A stretch of DNA of 64,000 nt from Longimicrobiales bacterium (GTDB taxonomy: Bacteria > Gemmatimonadota > Gemmatimonadetes > Longimicrobiales > RSA9): contig DASTYK010000149.1 in the NCBI GenBank assembly GCA_035764935.1, positions 36,944 through 100,943 of the forward strand, read 5' to 3'. Under the pieces are notes generated by a model. That model was not told where the DNA came from. It saw only the letters and a program-made list of their open reading frames with translations, and ran no database searches. Below are positions 9,092-18,307 of the stretch, one piece after another; position 1 is the first letter of the stretch, and each line of letters begins with the position of its first letter. The translations under genes and the position numbers were made by a program.

Positions 9092-9747
9092 GCCAGCGAG
9101 CCGCCGAAGTTCGGGACGAGGAAGGGATTGCCCACGCGCTCCCGTTCAACGGTCGTGCTCGGTCCGTGGCCGGGGTACAGCACGGTCTCGTCCGGGAGTG
9201 TGAGCACCTGCGACCGGATCGACTGCATCAGCGTGGGCATGCTGCCGCCGGGAAGGTCGGTTCGGCCGATGGACCCGGCGAACACGACGTCACCCACCAG
9301 GGCGAAGCCGCCTTCCCCGGAATAGAACATCACGTGGCCGGGAGAGTGCCCCGGCACGTGGCGGACTTCCAGCTCGATGCCGCCGAAGCGCAGGCGCTGG
9401 CCGTGCTCGAGCGTGGCGTCGATGGGCGGCTGGCTCTCGACCTCGAGTCCGAAGGCCACGGCCTGCTGCTGTACGCGATCGTACAGCGCGCGGTCGTCAG
9501 CGTGCATGTGGATCGCTGCGCCGGTGCGCCGCACCAGCTCGGCGACACCTTCGATGTGGTCCAGGTGCGCGTGCGTCAGCAGGATCGCCTCGCAGAACAG
9601 GCCGTTGTCGACGAGGAAGTCTGCCATCGTGGGTGCGGCGGCGCCGGGGTCGATCGCGACGGCGAACGTCGCGTCGTCCTCCCACACGATGTACCCGTTC
9701 TGTGCGAACGCACCCGACGCGAACGTCTCGACGTGCAGCCTGCTCAT
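9088..9747 (-). CDS. MBL-fold metallo-hydrolase (glyoxalase II-like)
   Basis: I prefer the start at ATG 9747 (MSRLHVETF...). THAHLDH (HxHxDH) and PGHSPGH motifs are present. Its stop overlaps the purN start (ATGA). The track's N-terminal extension is R/A-rich junk. Confidence 0.85.
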   Translation of the reverse strand: MSRLHVETFASGAFAQNGYIVWEDDATFAVAIDPGAAAPTMADFLVDNGLFCEAILLTHAHLDHIEGVAELVRRTGAAIHMHADDRALYDRVQQQAVAFGLEVESQPPIDATLEHGQRLRFGGIELEVRHVPGHSPGHVMFYSGEGGFALVGDVVFAGSIGRTDLPGGSMPTLMQSIRSQVLTLPDETVLYPGHGPSTTVERERVGNPFLVPNFGGSLA

Positions 9748-9799
9748 GCGCCCTTGTCCGGTGTGCGTGCCGATCGTGGCTGTCGGGGATCCGGATGCG

Positions 9800-10885
9800 T
9801 CATGCGCAGCCGCAGCCGTTTGCGGCAACGGCCATGCTGCGGGCCTCGATTGCCTCTTCCTCGTCCGTCGGCAGCCGCCAGCCGCCGGCGATCGCGAGCA
9901 TGCCGCGCAGCGCCTGCTCGGCCCGGCTGCGGATGCCCTCATCCAGCACGACCTCGTGCTGCTCGTGATCCAGGGACCACGCGAGCTTGGCCAGGGTGTT
10001 CACCTTCATGTTGCCGCAGATCGCCGCCCGCGACAGCGGAATGATCGTCTTCTCCGGGAAGCGCGCGATCAGCCGGTCGATGAGCCCGCGCTCCGTGCCG
10101 ATGATCAGGGAGTCATAACGCTCCGCGATCTCGGCCATGGCGGACGTCGAGACCACGAAGTCCGCGCGCTCGAGCAGGTCGCGGCGCGCTTCGGGGTGGA
10201 TCACGACCTTCGCGTCGGGATGGGCGCGCTGCGCTTCGTCCAGCTCCTGCATCACCATGTCGTCGTGCACGTAGCAGTAGCCTTCCCACGCGATGATCTC
10301 GCCCGGGTCACCCGTGTGCTCGGTGCTCGACGCGGGACGGAACGCACGCCCGCTGCGCTCCGCGACGTACTTCGCGAGGTTGCGATCGGGGACGAAGATG
10401 ATGGGCCGATCGCGCTCGATCGATTCGACGACCTGCACCGCGTTGGAGCTGGTGCAGCAGATGTCGCTCTCCGCCTTGACCTCGGCGGTCGAGTTCACGT
10501 AGGTCACGACTGCGGCGTTCGGGTGCTGCGCCTTGAGCTGCCGCAGCGAGGCACCCGTGACGAAGTCGGCCATCGGACATCCGGCACGCAGGTCCGGCAT
10601 CAGCACCTTCTTCGACGGCGAGAGGATCTTCGCCGTCTCCGCCATGAAGTGCACGCCGCAGAACATGATGACGTCCGCATCGGTGTCTGCCGCGGTCTGG
10701 GACAGACCGAGCGAGTCACCGACGAAGTCGCTGACGTCCTGGATCTCGCCGCGCTGATAGTTGTGTCCCAGGACCACGGCGTTCAGCTCGCGCTTGCGCC
10801 GCAGGATGCGCTCGGTCAGCTCCTCGCGCGAGAGCCGGGCGTAGTGGAGTGGGCTGGCAAGCGGCGTCACCACCGGTGCGATCAT
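9800..10885 (-). CDS. nadA: Quinolinate synthase
   Basis: 361-aa ORF with NAVVLGHNYQRGEIQDVSDFVGDSL, MFCGVHFMAETAKIL and YVNSTAEVKA, which are typical NadA motifs. Confidence 0.9.
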   Translation of the reverse strand: MIAPVVTPLASPLHYARLSREELTERILRRKRELNAVVLGHNYQRGEIQDVSDFVGDSLGLSQTAADTDADVIMFCGVHFMAETAKILSPSKKVLMPDLRAGCPMADFVTGASLRQLKAQHPNAAVVTYVNSTAEVKAESDICCTSSNAVQVVESIERDRPIIFVPDRNLAKYVAERSGRAFRPASSTEHTGDPGEIIAWEGYCYVHDDMVMQELDEAQRAHPDAKVVIHPEARRDLLERADFVVSTSAMAEIAERYDSLIIGTERGLIDRLIARFPEKTIIPLSRAAICGNMKVNTLAKLAWSLDHEQHEVVLDEGIRSRAEQALRGMLAIAGGWRLPTDEEEAIEARSMAVAANGCGCA

Positions 10886-10906
10886 CTCTTTCCCTCAGGT
10901 AGAGGC

Positions 10907-10937
10907 AGCACGGGCCCGCAGGAGACCATCCCGCGGG
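10907..10937 (-). terminator. GC-rich hairpin downstream of erpA (CGGGCCCGC-N13-GCGGGCCCG)
   Basis: Perfect 9-bp stem read in the sequence, about 30 nt after the erpA stop. There is no U-tract, as is common in high-GC genomes. Confidence 0.4.
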
Positions 10938-10967
10938 CCCGCAGCGATCCGCGAACTGCGCGGTACG

Positions 10968-11303
10968 TCAGACCGTGAACGAGCTGCCGCAACCGCAGCC
11001 GCCCGAAGCATTCGGGTTCTTGAACGTGAACCCGGCGCCCATCATGGTCGTCACGTAGTCGATCTCGACGCCATCGAGGTACTGGCCGCTGAACGGGTCC
11101 ACGAAGAGCTTGATGCCGCTCGCCTCGAAGATCTCGTCGTCGTCCTGCGGCTCGTCCTCGATGTTCAGCCCGTACTGGAAGCCGGAGCAGCCACCCGGCA
11201 GCACTGCCACCCGCAGGCCCGCCTGGTCCGTCGTGCCCTGCTCCGTCATGAACTTCTGTACCTCGGCGATCGCCGTTGGTGTGACCGTGATGGTCATCGG
11301 CAT
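10968..11303 (-). CDS. erpA: Iron-sulfur cluster insertion/assembly protein (IscA/ErpA, HesB family)
   Basis: 111 aa from ATG 11303 (MPMTITVTPTAIAEVQKF...). It has the GGCSGFQY motif and the C-terminal GGCGCGSSF cysteines. A GGGAGG RBS lies directly upstream. The 289-aa track ORF is an artefactual upstream extension. Confidence 0.9.
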   Translation of the reverse strand: MPMTITVTPTAIAEVQKFMTEQGTTDQAGLRVAVLPGGCSGFQYGLNIEDEPQDDDEIFEASGIKLFVDPFSGQYLDGVEIDYVTTMMGAGFTFKNPNASGGCGCGSSFTV

Positions 11304-11463
11304 TCCTCCCAATGTTCGGCTCGGACGCGCACTCTGGCGCGTTTCCGTTGATACACTGCAGCACACGTCCGGTTTCGCCCGAAAGCTACCGGGCACGCCC
11401 CCGCACGTCAACCGCGAACTCGTTGCGCGCCAGCGGTTTCCCCACACCGTGCGGGGCGTTCCC

Positions 11464-12021
11464 CTACTGCGGCGGCGCTCCGGCACCGCCGAGGGCCAGT
11501 TCGACCGCGCCGGCAAAGTCGTCCGCCACGGCGACGGCGGCATCGACCGCGGTCTCGCTCGTGCGCCCGTAGCCGGTCCGTACCAGGATCCCGCGACCGC
11601 CCAGAGCCGCCGCGGGCTCGACGTCGCTCGTCTTGTCTCCGATGAACACCGAGGCGGCCAGGTCGATGTCGTGCTCGGCCGCCGCCTGGCGGTAGAGCGC
11701 GAGGCCCGGCTTGCGGCAGTCGCAGGGTCCGGTGATCGCAGGGTGATGGGGGCAGACATAGACGCCGTCCAGCGCAACGCCGGACCCCGCGAGCAGCTCG
11801 TCCAGGCGCTGGCGCACGCGGTCGTAGTCGGCGGCACGGATCAGCCCCCGCGCGATGCCGGACTGGTTCGTCACCACGATCAACCGGTAGCCCCGGTCGC
11901 GCAGCGCCTGCAGCCCCTCCACCACGCCGGGCAGGAGCGTGACACCGTCGGGATCCCCGAGGTAGCTGCGCTCTTCGATCAGCGTACCATCACGGTCGAG
12001 GAACGCGGCCGGGCTGCTCAT
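11464..12021 (-). CDS. gmhB: HAD-IIIA phosphatase, D,D-heptose 1,7-bisphosphate phosphatase-like
   Basis: FLDRDGTL (DxDGT nucleophile motif), VVTNQSG, and the zinc motif CPHHPAITGPCDCRKP typical of the GmhB/HisB-N family. Its start overlaps the selA stop (ATGA). Confidence 0.8.
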   Translation of the reverse strand: MSSPAAFLDRDGTLIEERSYLGDPDGVTLLPGVVEGLQALRDRGYRLIVVTNQSGIARGLIRAADYDRVRQRLDELLAGSGVALDGVYVCPHHPAITGPCDCRKPGLALYRQAAAEHDIDLAASVFIGDKTSDVEPAAALGGRGILVRTGYGRTSETAVDAAVAVADDFAGAVELALGGAGAPPQ

Positions 12022-13403
12022 GTGCGCAGCGCGCAGACGGCTTCGACCAGTGCACCCTCATCCTCCTGGCGCACCGTGCGCACATCCAGGAGCAGGCGCC
12101 CATCGCGTACCAGCGCCACGACAGCAGGCGACCCGGCACGGAGCCCCGACTCCATTGCGGCGGCCGGCAGATCCGCCTCGATCGCCACGGCAAAGCCGGG
12201 CAGGTGCACGTCCGGCAACGCACCGCCCCCGACAGCGCCGTCTGCCGGCAGCACACGGGTCGTGATCCCGCACGCGTGGATCTGGGCGGCGATCGCGTCG
12301 GCGCGCCGCTTCAGCTCGTCTGCCGGCGCTGTGATCATGCGCAGCACGGGCACCTGCTCCAGGGCGTGCAGCGGGTCACGGTACAGCGCGAGCGTCGCCT
12401 CGAGTGCGGCCAGCGTCAGCTTGTCGACGCGCAGTGCACGACAGAGCGGGTTGCGGCGCATCGCTTCGATGAGGTCGGCGCGCCCGATCAGCACGCCAGC
12501 CTGCGGCCCGCCCAGCATCTTGTCCCCGCTGAACGCCACGACGTCCGCGCCCTCTGCCAGGGAGCGCTGCGGTGTCGGCTCGCCCGCAAGGACTGCGGGC
12601 GGCGGCTCCAGCAGCAGACCCGAGCCGAGATCGTGAACGAGCGGCAGTCCCGCACGGCGGGCGATCGGCGCCAGCTCGGCGAGACTCGCTTCCTCGACAA
12701 AGCCGCTCATGTGGAAGTTGGAGCGGTGCACCTTCAGAAGTGCAGCGACGCCGCGGTCGAGGGCGCGCTCGTAATCCTGCGCACGCGTCCGGTTGGTCGC
12801 GCCGGTCTCGACCGGCCGTGCCCCGCTGCGCGCAATGATCTCCGGCACGCGAAAGCCGCCGCCGATCTCGACCAGCTCACCGCGTGACACGACCACTCCG
12901 CGTCCCGAGGCGATCGTGTTCAGCGCGAGCACGAGCGCGGCAGCGTTGTTGTTCACGACGAGTGCCGCCTCGGCGCCGGTCAGCTCGCGCAGCAGCTCCT
13001 CGCAGTGGACGTAGCGTGAGCCGCGCCGCCCCCGCGCCACGTCGTACTCGAGGTTCGCGTAACCGGCCGCGACGCGCACCATTGCATCGATCGCTTCCGC
13101 GGCGAGCGGTGCACGCCCCAGGTTCGTGTGCAGCACGACTCCCGTCGCATTGATGACGGGGCGGAGCGACGGGCGTGCGCGCCGCTCGAGCTCCGCTTCC
13201 ACCGCGCCGGCGTACCACGCGTCGTCGGGTGCGTCATCGGCGCCCGCGGCCAGTCGGCTTCGCACGCCGTCCTGCACCGCCTGCAGCGCTGCAACCACGC
13301 GCGCCCGCGAGGCAGCCGACAGCAGCGGCTGGAAGGCGTCGCCGGAGAGCAGCCGATCGATCGAAGGGATCGATCGACGCGGATCCTCCAGGTGAGCGCT
13401 CAC
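12018..13403 (-). CDS. selA: L-seryl-tRNA(Sec) selenium transferase
   Basis: 461 aa with a GTG start. It has a SelA N-terminal domain (RRSIPSIDRLL), INATGVVLHTNLGRAPL, and the PLP-lysine motif FSGDKMLGGPQAG. Confidence 0.85.
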   Translation of the reverse strand: MSAHLEDPRRSIPSIDRLLSGDAFQPLLSAASRARVVAALQAVQDGVRSRLAAGADDAPDDAWYAGAVEAELERRARPSLRPVINATGVVLHTNLGRAPLAAEAIDAMVRVAAGYANLEYDVARGRRGSRYVHCEELLRELTGAEAALVVNNNAAALVLALNTIASGRGVVVSRGELVEIGGGFRVPEIIARSGARPVETGATNRTRAQDYERALDRGVAALLKVHRSNFHMSGFVEEASLAELAPIARRAGLPLVHDLGSGLLLEPPPAVLAGEPTPQRSLAEGADVVAFSGDKMLGGPQAGVLIGRADLIEAMRRNPLCRALRVDKLTLAALEATLALYRDPLHALEQVPVLRMITAPADELKRRADAIAAQIHACGITTRVLPADGAVGGGALPDVHLPGFAVAIEADLPAAAMESGLRAGSPAVVALVRDGRLLLDVRTVRQEDEGALVEAVCALRT

Positions 13404-14821
13404 GGGCGGCGGGCCGGCTGCGGAGGCGGAGTGCGCGTCGGAGGCGGCGGAGTCCGCGTGGTGTCCGTCGGCACCGGCGTCGGGGGCGGCGGAGTCCGCG
13501 TGGTGTCGGGCCGCACCGGCGTCGGCGTCGGGATCCGCGTGGTATCGGGAAGGACGCGCACGGGGGCTGGTGGAATGCGCGTCGTGTCCGGCGCGACGCG
13601 CAGGCTGTCCGGTGCAGCAGCGGTCGTGTCGGGCCGCAGCCGGGTCGTGTCCGGGAGCGCCCGCGCTGTGTCGCGTGGCGTGATCGTGAGCGGTGCCATG
13701 CCCCCGCCGTCCGGATACCCGTTGATGTTCGTGATACCGGTCACACCGATCAGGTACTCGCCCGGTGCGGGCGGTGATGCCGGCACCGCGAAGAACTCGC
13801 GCGCGGGAAGCGGCACGCGAACGGAGTCCGCTGCTGCCTGTCCAGCCCGTTGTGCGGGAGGCCCGACGGGCTCAGCGGCCACCGTATCCTGCACCACCGC
13901 CAGCGAATCAGGCAATGCGGCATCGGCAAGCATGTCCGGCCGGGCAGCACTGTCAGCGCGCGCGGGCTGTGGCGCCGAGAAGCGCACAGTGAACGCAACC
14001 GGGAGCGGTGTCGTATCCGGCAGCGCGTACAGTGTCGCGGTTGCGTCGGCAATGCCGGTCGAATCGACGTAGTCGTCGAGCTGCACGCGTACAGCGCCGT
14101 CCTGCATCGCCGCGCCAAGCACGCGCGCGGCGGTTGTGTCGAACGGCAGGATCGCGAGATCCTGCGCGAGCGTGTCGGCGCCCAGGGTGACGCCCAGCGC
14201 ACGCGACCGCGGCTCGGCGGGTCCCGGCGTCCAGTCCTGGTTCGCGTCTGCGTAGGCCATCAGCTCGTACTCGCCCTCGGGCAGGTTGAGCAGCGCGAAG
14301 AAGCCGTCGGTCGCTACCGGCGTCACGTACACGGTGGAGTCCGCCTGACGCACTGCTTCCACGACCGCGCGCTGGGGCGGACGCCCCGTGATCCGCTCGG
14401 TCACGATCCCGGCGAGCGCGGTCTGGGGGATCTCGGGCCCCGTGGAGAACACGAGCTCCGCGGGCTCGGTGCGCTGATTGCCGAACAGGTCGCGCAGTTC
14501 CGGCAGGATCACGATCCGATAGATCTGCCCCGCTCGCCAGCCGCCCTGCATCTCGACGCGCAGCTCGGAGCCGCTGCGGCGCACCCGGACATCGCCCGTG
14601 CGCGGCGATACAATCACTGCGTCCTCGGCGCCCTGCTCGCTCAGCCGTTCGTTGAAGCGGATGACGACTGCCCCGCGCAGGTCGGGCACGACGCTGAGCG
14701 GCTCGGGCACGGTCGCAACCACCTGTGGCGGCTGCTGGTCGCGCTCGCCGCCCGGCGGTGCACCGTACTGTGCGCAGCCGAGCAGCGCGACCGCCGCGAC
14801 CAGTGCGCGGCGCGGGCTCAC
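13400..14821 (-). CDS. Lipoprotein with an Ig-like (SbsA/Big_5-like) N-terminal domain and a proline/threonine-rich PDTTR-repeat tail
   Basis: 473 aa with a GTG start that overlaps the valS stop. Lipobox VALLGCAQ, then PPQVVATVPEP...VVIRFNERL, then beta-rich domains. The C-terminal 86 aa are P/T/R repeats. Confidence 0.6.
   Translation of the reverse strand: MSPRRALVAAVALLGCAQYGAPPGGERDQQPPQVVATVPEPLSVVPDLRGAVVIRFNERLSEQGAEDAVIVSPRTGDVRVRRSGSELRVEMQGGWRAGQIYRIVILPELRDLFGNQRTEPAELVFSTGPEIPQTALAGIVTERITGRPPQRAVVEAVRQADSTVYVTPVATDGFFALLNLPEGEYELMAYADANQDWTPGPAEPRSRALGVTLGADTLAQDLAILPFDTTAARVLGAAMQDGAVRVQLDDYVDSTGIADATATLYALPDTTPLPVAFTVRFSAPQPARADSAARPDMLADAALPDSLAVVQDTVAAEPVGPPAQRAGQAAADSVRVPLPAREFFAVPASPPAPGEYLIGVTGITNINGYPDGGGMAPLTITPRDTARALPDTTRLRPDTTAAAPDSLRVAPDTTRIPPAPVRVLPDTTRIPTPTPVRPDTTRTPPPPTPVPTDTTRTPPPPTRTPPPQPARRP
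13403..13660 (-). repeat. Coding tandem repeat (5x DTTR and 1x DTTA units, in P/T-rich context)
   Basis: Protein tail: ALPDTTRLRPDTTAAAPDSLRVAPDTTRIPPAPVRVLPDTTRIPTPTPVRPDTTRTPPPPTPVPTDTTRTPPPPTRTPPPQPARRP. The DNA shows the repeated unit GGCGGCGGAGTCCGCGTGGTGTC twice, plus degenerate copies. Confidence 0.6.
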
Positions 14822-17544
14822 GTCAGCGCCTTCAGCTTCTCGGCGAGCCGCTCCCGCTGCTCGCGCAGCGACGCGGCCTTTTCACGCTCGCGTGCGACGA
14901 CATCGGCCGGAGCGCGCGCAACGAACGTGTCGTTTGCGAGCTTGCCCTCCGTCCCGCGCAACTGTCCCTCGAGCCGCTGCAGCTCCGCGGACAGGCGCGC
15001 ACGCTCGCGCTCCATGTCGATGACGCCGGCCAGCGGAATGAACAGCTCCGTGCCGCCCCGCAGCACCGCGTGTGCGCCGCCCGCACCGGAGCCGTTGCCG
15101 CGCTCGATGGCATCCACCCTGGCCATGCGCCGCAGTGCGCGCTCCTCTGCAACCAGCGCCGCTTCCAGTGGCGCGTCCACCTTGCCCAGGCGAACCTGCA
15201 GCGGTGTGGACGGCGGCACCTTGTACTCGGTGCGCAGTGCGCGCACGGTGCCGATCAGCTCGATCAGCGCGTGCATGCGCGCTTCGGCATCCGCATCGAT
15301 GCGTGTTGCTTCGGTCTGCGGCCACGGCGCGACGATGAGCGACTCCGCAGGCAGGACTCCGCCCGCGGTCGGCAGCTTGCGCCAGAGCGCCTCCGTCACG
15401 AACGGCATGATCGGATGCAGCAGTCGCAGCACCGTATCGAGTGCGACGACGAGCGTTGCCTGCGCGGCGGCGCGCCCCGCGGCGGGCGCGTCGTCGAGCA
15501 TGCGCGGCTTGATCAACTCGAGGTACCAGTCGGCCAGCTCGTTCCAGAAGAACGCGCGCGCGGCCTCCGCCGCCTCGTCGAACCGGAACTGCTCGAGCTG
15601 TCGAGTGACCTCGGCAGTCGCGCGGTTCATGCGCGACAGGATCCAGCGGTCCGCGAGCTCGAGATCGCCTTCCACCTCCGCGAGTGACGGCACGTTCTCC
15701 GCCGGCAGGTTCATCAGAGCGAAGCGGGCGGCGTTCCACAGCTTGTTCGCGAAGTTGCGGCCCGGCGCGAACGAGTCCTCGAGGTTCTCCGGATCGAGCT
15801 GCACGTCCGTGCCGGGGCCGGCTGCGCTGACGACCGTATGGCGCAGTGCGTCGGCGCCGAACAGCTTCACGACCTCGATCGGATCGATGCCGTTGCCGAG
15901 CGACTTCGACATCTTGCGACCCTGCATGTCGCGCACGGTGCCGGTCAGGTATACGTCCGTGAAGGGCGCCTCTCCCATGAACTCGTAACCGGCCATGATC
16001 ATGCGCGCGACCCAGAAGAACAGGATCTCGGGCGCAGTCACGAGCGTGTTCGTGGGATAGAACGCCTTCAGGTCCTCGGTCTGCTCCGGCCAGCCCAGCG
16101 TCGAGAAGGGCCAGAGCCACGACGAGAACCAGGTGTCGAGCACGTCCGGGTCCTGCTCCATGCTCGTGCCGCCGCACTTCGGGCACGACGTCGGGTCCTC
16201 GCGCGCGACGATCGTCTCGCCGCAGCCGTCGGCGCGACAGTACCACACCGGGATCCGGTGGCCCCACCAGAGCTGCCTGGAGATGCACCAGTCGCGGATG
16301 TTCTCGAGCCAGTGCTCGTAGATCTTGCGGAAGCGTTCCGGCGTGAAGCGCACGCGTTCGGTCTGCGCAGCGCGCAGCGCGGGCTCGGCCAGCGGCTTCA
16401 TGCGCACGAACCACTGCTCCGAAAGACGCGGCTCGACGATCGTGCCGCAGCGGTAGCAGTGCGGCACCGCGTGACGGTGATCTTCCACGCGCTCCAGCAG
16501 CCCCTGCTCCTCGAACGCCGCGACGACCCGGCGCCGCGCCTCCATCCGCTCCAGGCCACGGAACGGCTCCGGCACGGAATCGTTGAGGTGCGCGTCGGGC
16601 GTCAGCACGTCCAGCATCGGCAGAGCGTGCCGGCGCGCCACCTCGAAGTCGTTGGGGTCGTGCGCGGGAGTGATCTTCACTGCCCCGCTGCCGAACTCCG
16701 GATCGACGTAATCATCGGCAACGATCGGAATCCGGCGAGCGGCGAGCGGCAGGTCGACCGAGCCGCCCACGAGCGAAGCGTAGCGGCCATCCTCGGGGTG
16801 CACGGCAACGGCAGTGTCGCCGAGCATCGTTTCCGGCCGCGTCGTCGCCACGACCAGGTACGGCCGGCCGTCCGGCAGCCGCGGCAACCCCGCAGCGTCA
16901 TCCGCGTCCGCAAGCGGATAGCGCAGGTGATAGATCCGGCCGTTCGTCTCCTCCGCCTCGGCCTCCTCGTCGGAGAGCGCGGTCAGGCAGCGAGGACACC
17001 AGTTGATGATGTAGCTGCCGCGGTAGACCAGCCCCTTCTCGTAGAGCCGGACGAAGACTTCGCGCACCGCGCGGGACAGCTCCGGCTCCAGCGTGAAGCG
17101 GGTGCGCTCCCAGTCGCAGGAGCAGCCGATTGCGCGCAGCTGCTGCAGGATCGTGGAGCCGGTCTCATCGACGAACGACCAGACGCGCTCGACGAACTTC
17201 TCGCGTCCCAGGTCGTCGCGGGTCAACCCCTCCTGTGCGATCTGGCGCTCGACCACGTTCTGCGTCGCGATGCCCGCGTGGTCGGTGCCCGGCAGGTACA
17301 GCGCTTCGCGGCCGCGCATGCGCTCGAAGCGCGTCAGCACGTCCTGAATCGTGTTGTTCAGCCCGTGTCCCATGTGCAGCACCGCCGTGACGTTCGGCGG
17401 CGGGATCACGATGACGTAGGGGTCGGCGGCGTGCGCCACGACCGCACGCTCGTCGGCATGGAAAAAACCGCGCTCTTCCCATTCGGTGTAGAGCGCGTGC
17501 TCGAATTCACTCGGGTCGTACCGGGTCGGCAGCGGCTCGCGCAT
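14818..17544 (-). CDS. valS: Valine--tRNA ligase
   Basis: 908 aa with PPPNVTAVLHMGHGLN (HIGH region), KMSKSLGN (KMSKS), a CP1 editing domain and a C-terminal coiled coil. Confidence 0.97.
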   Translation of the reverse strand: MREPLPTRYDPSEFEHALYTEWEERGFFHADERAVVAHAADPYVIVIPPPNVTAVLHMGHGLNNTIQDVLTRFERMRGREALYLPGTDHAGIATQNVVERQIAQEGLTRDDLGREKFVERVWSFVDETGSTILQQLRAIGCSCDWERTRFTLEPELSRAVREVFVRLYEKGLVYRGSYIINWCPRCLTALSDEEAEAEETNGRIYHLRYPLADADDAAGLPRLPDGRPYLVVATTRPETMLGDTAVAVHPEDGRYASLVGGSVDLPLAARRIPIVADDYVDPEFGSGAVKITPAHDPNDFEVARRHALPMLDVLTPDAHLNDSVPEPFRGLERMEARRRVVAAFEEQGLLERVEDHRHAVPHCYRCGTIVEPRLSEQWFVRMKPLAEPALRAAQTERVRFTPERFRKIYEHWLENIRDWCISRQLWWGHRIPVWYCRADGCGETIVAREDPTSCPKCGGTSMEQDPDVLDTWFSSWLWPFSTLGWPEQTEDLKAFYPTNTLVTAPEILFFWVARMIMAGYEFMGEAPFTDVYLTGTVRDMQGRKMSKSLGNGIDPIEVVKLFGADALRHTVVSAAGPGTDVQLDPENLEDSFAPGRNFANKLWNAARFALMNLPAENVPSLAEVEGDLELADRWILSRMNRATAEVTRQLEQFRFDEAAEAARAFFWNELADWYLELIKPRMLDDAPAAGRAAAQATLVVALDTVLRLLHPIMPFVTEALWRKLPTAGGVLPAESLIVAPWPQTEATRIDADAEARMHALIELIGTVRALRTEYKVPPSTPLQVRLGKVDAPLEAALVAEERALRRMARVDAIERGNGSGAGGAHAVLRGGTELFIPLAGVIDMERERARLSAELQRLEGQLRGTEGKLANDTFVARAPADVVAREREKAASLREQRERLAEKLKALT

Positions 17545-17602
17545 GCTCCATCTCGATCAGGGGTCAATCAGGGAGGGTAGCAGGCGCGGCTCAGAAACGT
17601 CA

Positions 17603-17630
17603 ACCGCGCGCGACAGTGGCCGCGCGCGGT
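17603..17630 (-). terminator. Hairpin ACCGCGCGCG-N8-CGCGCGCGGT downstream of the BON-domain gene
   Basis: Perfect 10-bp stem read in the sequence, about 30 nt after the stop at 17657 and upstream of valS. Confidence 0.45.
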
Positions 17631-17656
17631 CCGGGGAACGGAATGTCGCGGGCGGA

Positions 17657-18250
17657 TCAGACCGCCGGCGGACCGCCACCGCCGGGCGGTGGCTCCATGC
17701 CCGGCTCCTCCTCACGCTCTTCTTCGGCGGCCTGCGCCTCGAATGCGTCCGTCACCATGTCGACACGGTCGTCGCGACGCTCGGGATCGGTCGAGGCGCC
17801 CTGCCTCCGCCGGCCCGTGCCGACACCCACGCCGTACCAGTGCTGCTCGCGCAGTGCGGGATCGCCTTCCGCGTAGCGGCGCTGGCGCTCGCTCATGCGC
17901 GAGCTCTCCATGCCGACCTCGAGCCGGTTGACGACGGTGTTCACGCCGTCGACGCCCTGCGTCACCTCCACTGCCCGCCGCAGCTCCGACGGTGTGCCGA
18001 CCGAACCGGTCAGCTCGATGACCCCGGGCGAGATCGCCGCCACCTCGATGCCGCAGCGCGACGTCGTCTCGTCCTCGAGCAGTGCATTCACCACCTGGTC
18101 CTCGAGCGTGTTCTGCCCGGTCGTCCGCTGCGAGCGGCGCGGCCAGCCGCGCGCACGAACGGTCCACAGTGCCGCCGCCGCAACGCCCGCGGCCGCGCCG
18201 ACGGCCATCGTCCACGCCGTGCCGTGCGTCTTTCTGGATGTGCGCATCAT
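17657..18250 (-). CDS. BON domain-containing membrane-anchored protein
   Basis: I prefer the ATG at 18250 (MMRTSRKTHGTAWTMAVGAAAGVAAAALW, TM segment). BON-like core: LEDQVVNALLEDETTSRCGIEVAAISPGVIELTGSVGTPSELRRAVEVTQGVDGVNTVVNRLEV. The tail is acidic and Pro/Gly-rich. Confidence 0.7.
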   Translation of the reverse strand: MMRTSRKTHGTAWTMAVGAAAGVAAAALWTVRARGWPRRSQRTTGQNTLEDQVVNALLEDETTSRCGIEVAAISPGVIELTGSVGTPSELRRAVEVTQGVDGVNTVVNRLEVGMESSRMSERQRRYAEGDPALREQHWYGVGVGTGRRRQGASTDPERRDDRVDMVTDAFEAQAAEEEREEEPGMEPPPGGGGPPAV

Positions 18251-18307
18251 TCTGCTCCGTTTGCTCAGACGTTTTCCGGGCAACGGAGGGTGCAAGGGAC
18301 GGGCCGT

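Noticed and set aside
11304-11837. N-terminal extensions of track ORFs. Examples: erpA ORF to 11837, MBL to 9942, membrane protein to 19483, M14 to 38946, mreB to 51524, ribF to 58369, truB to 59247, rbfA to 59686, DUF503 ORF to 60407, ylxQ to 63216.
   Set aside because: The extensions overlap the upstream genes, are R/A/P-rich without signal or family features, and internal ATG/GTG codons give canonical N-termini, often with an RBS or a 4-nt overlap with the preceding stop.
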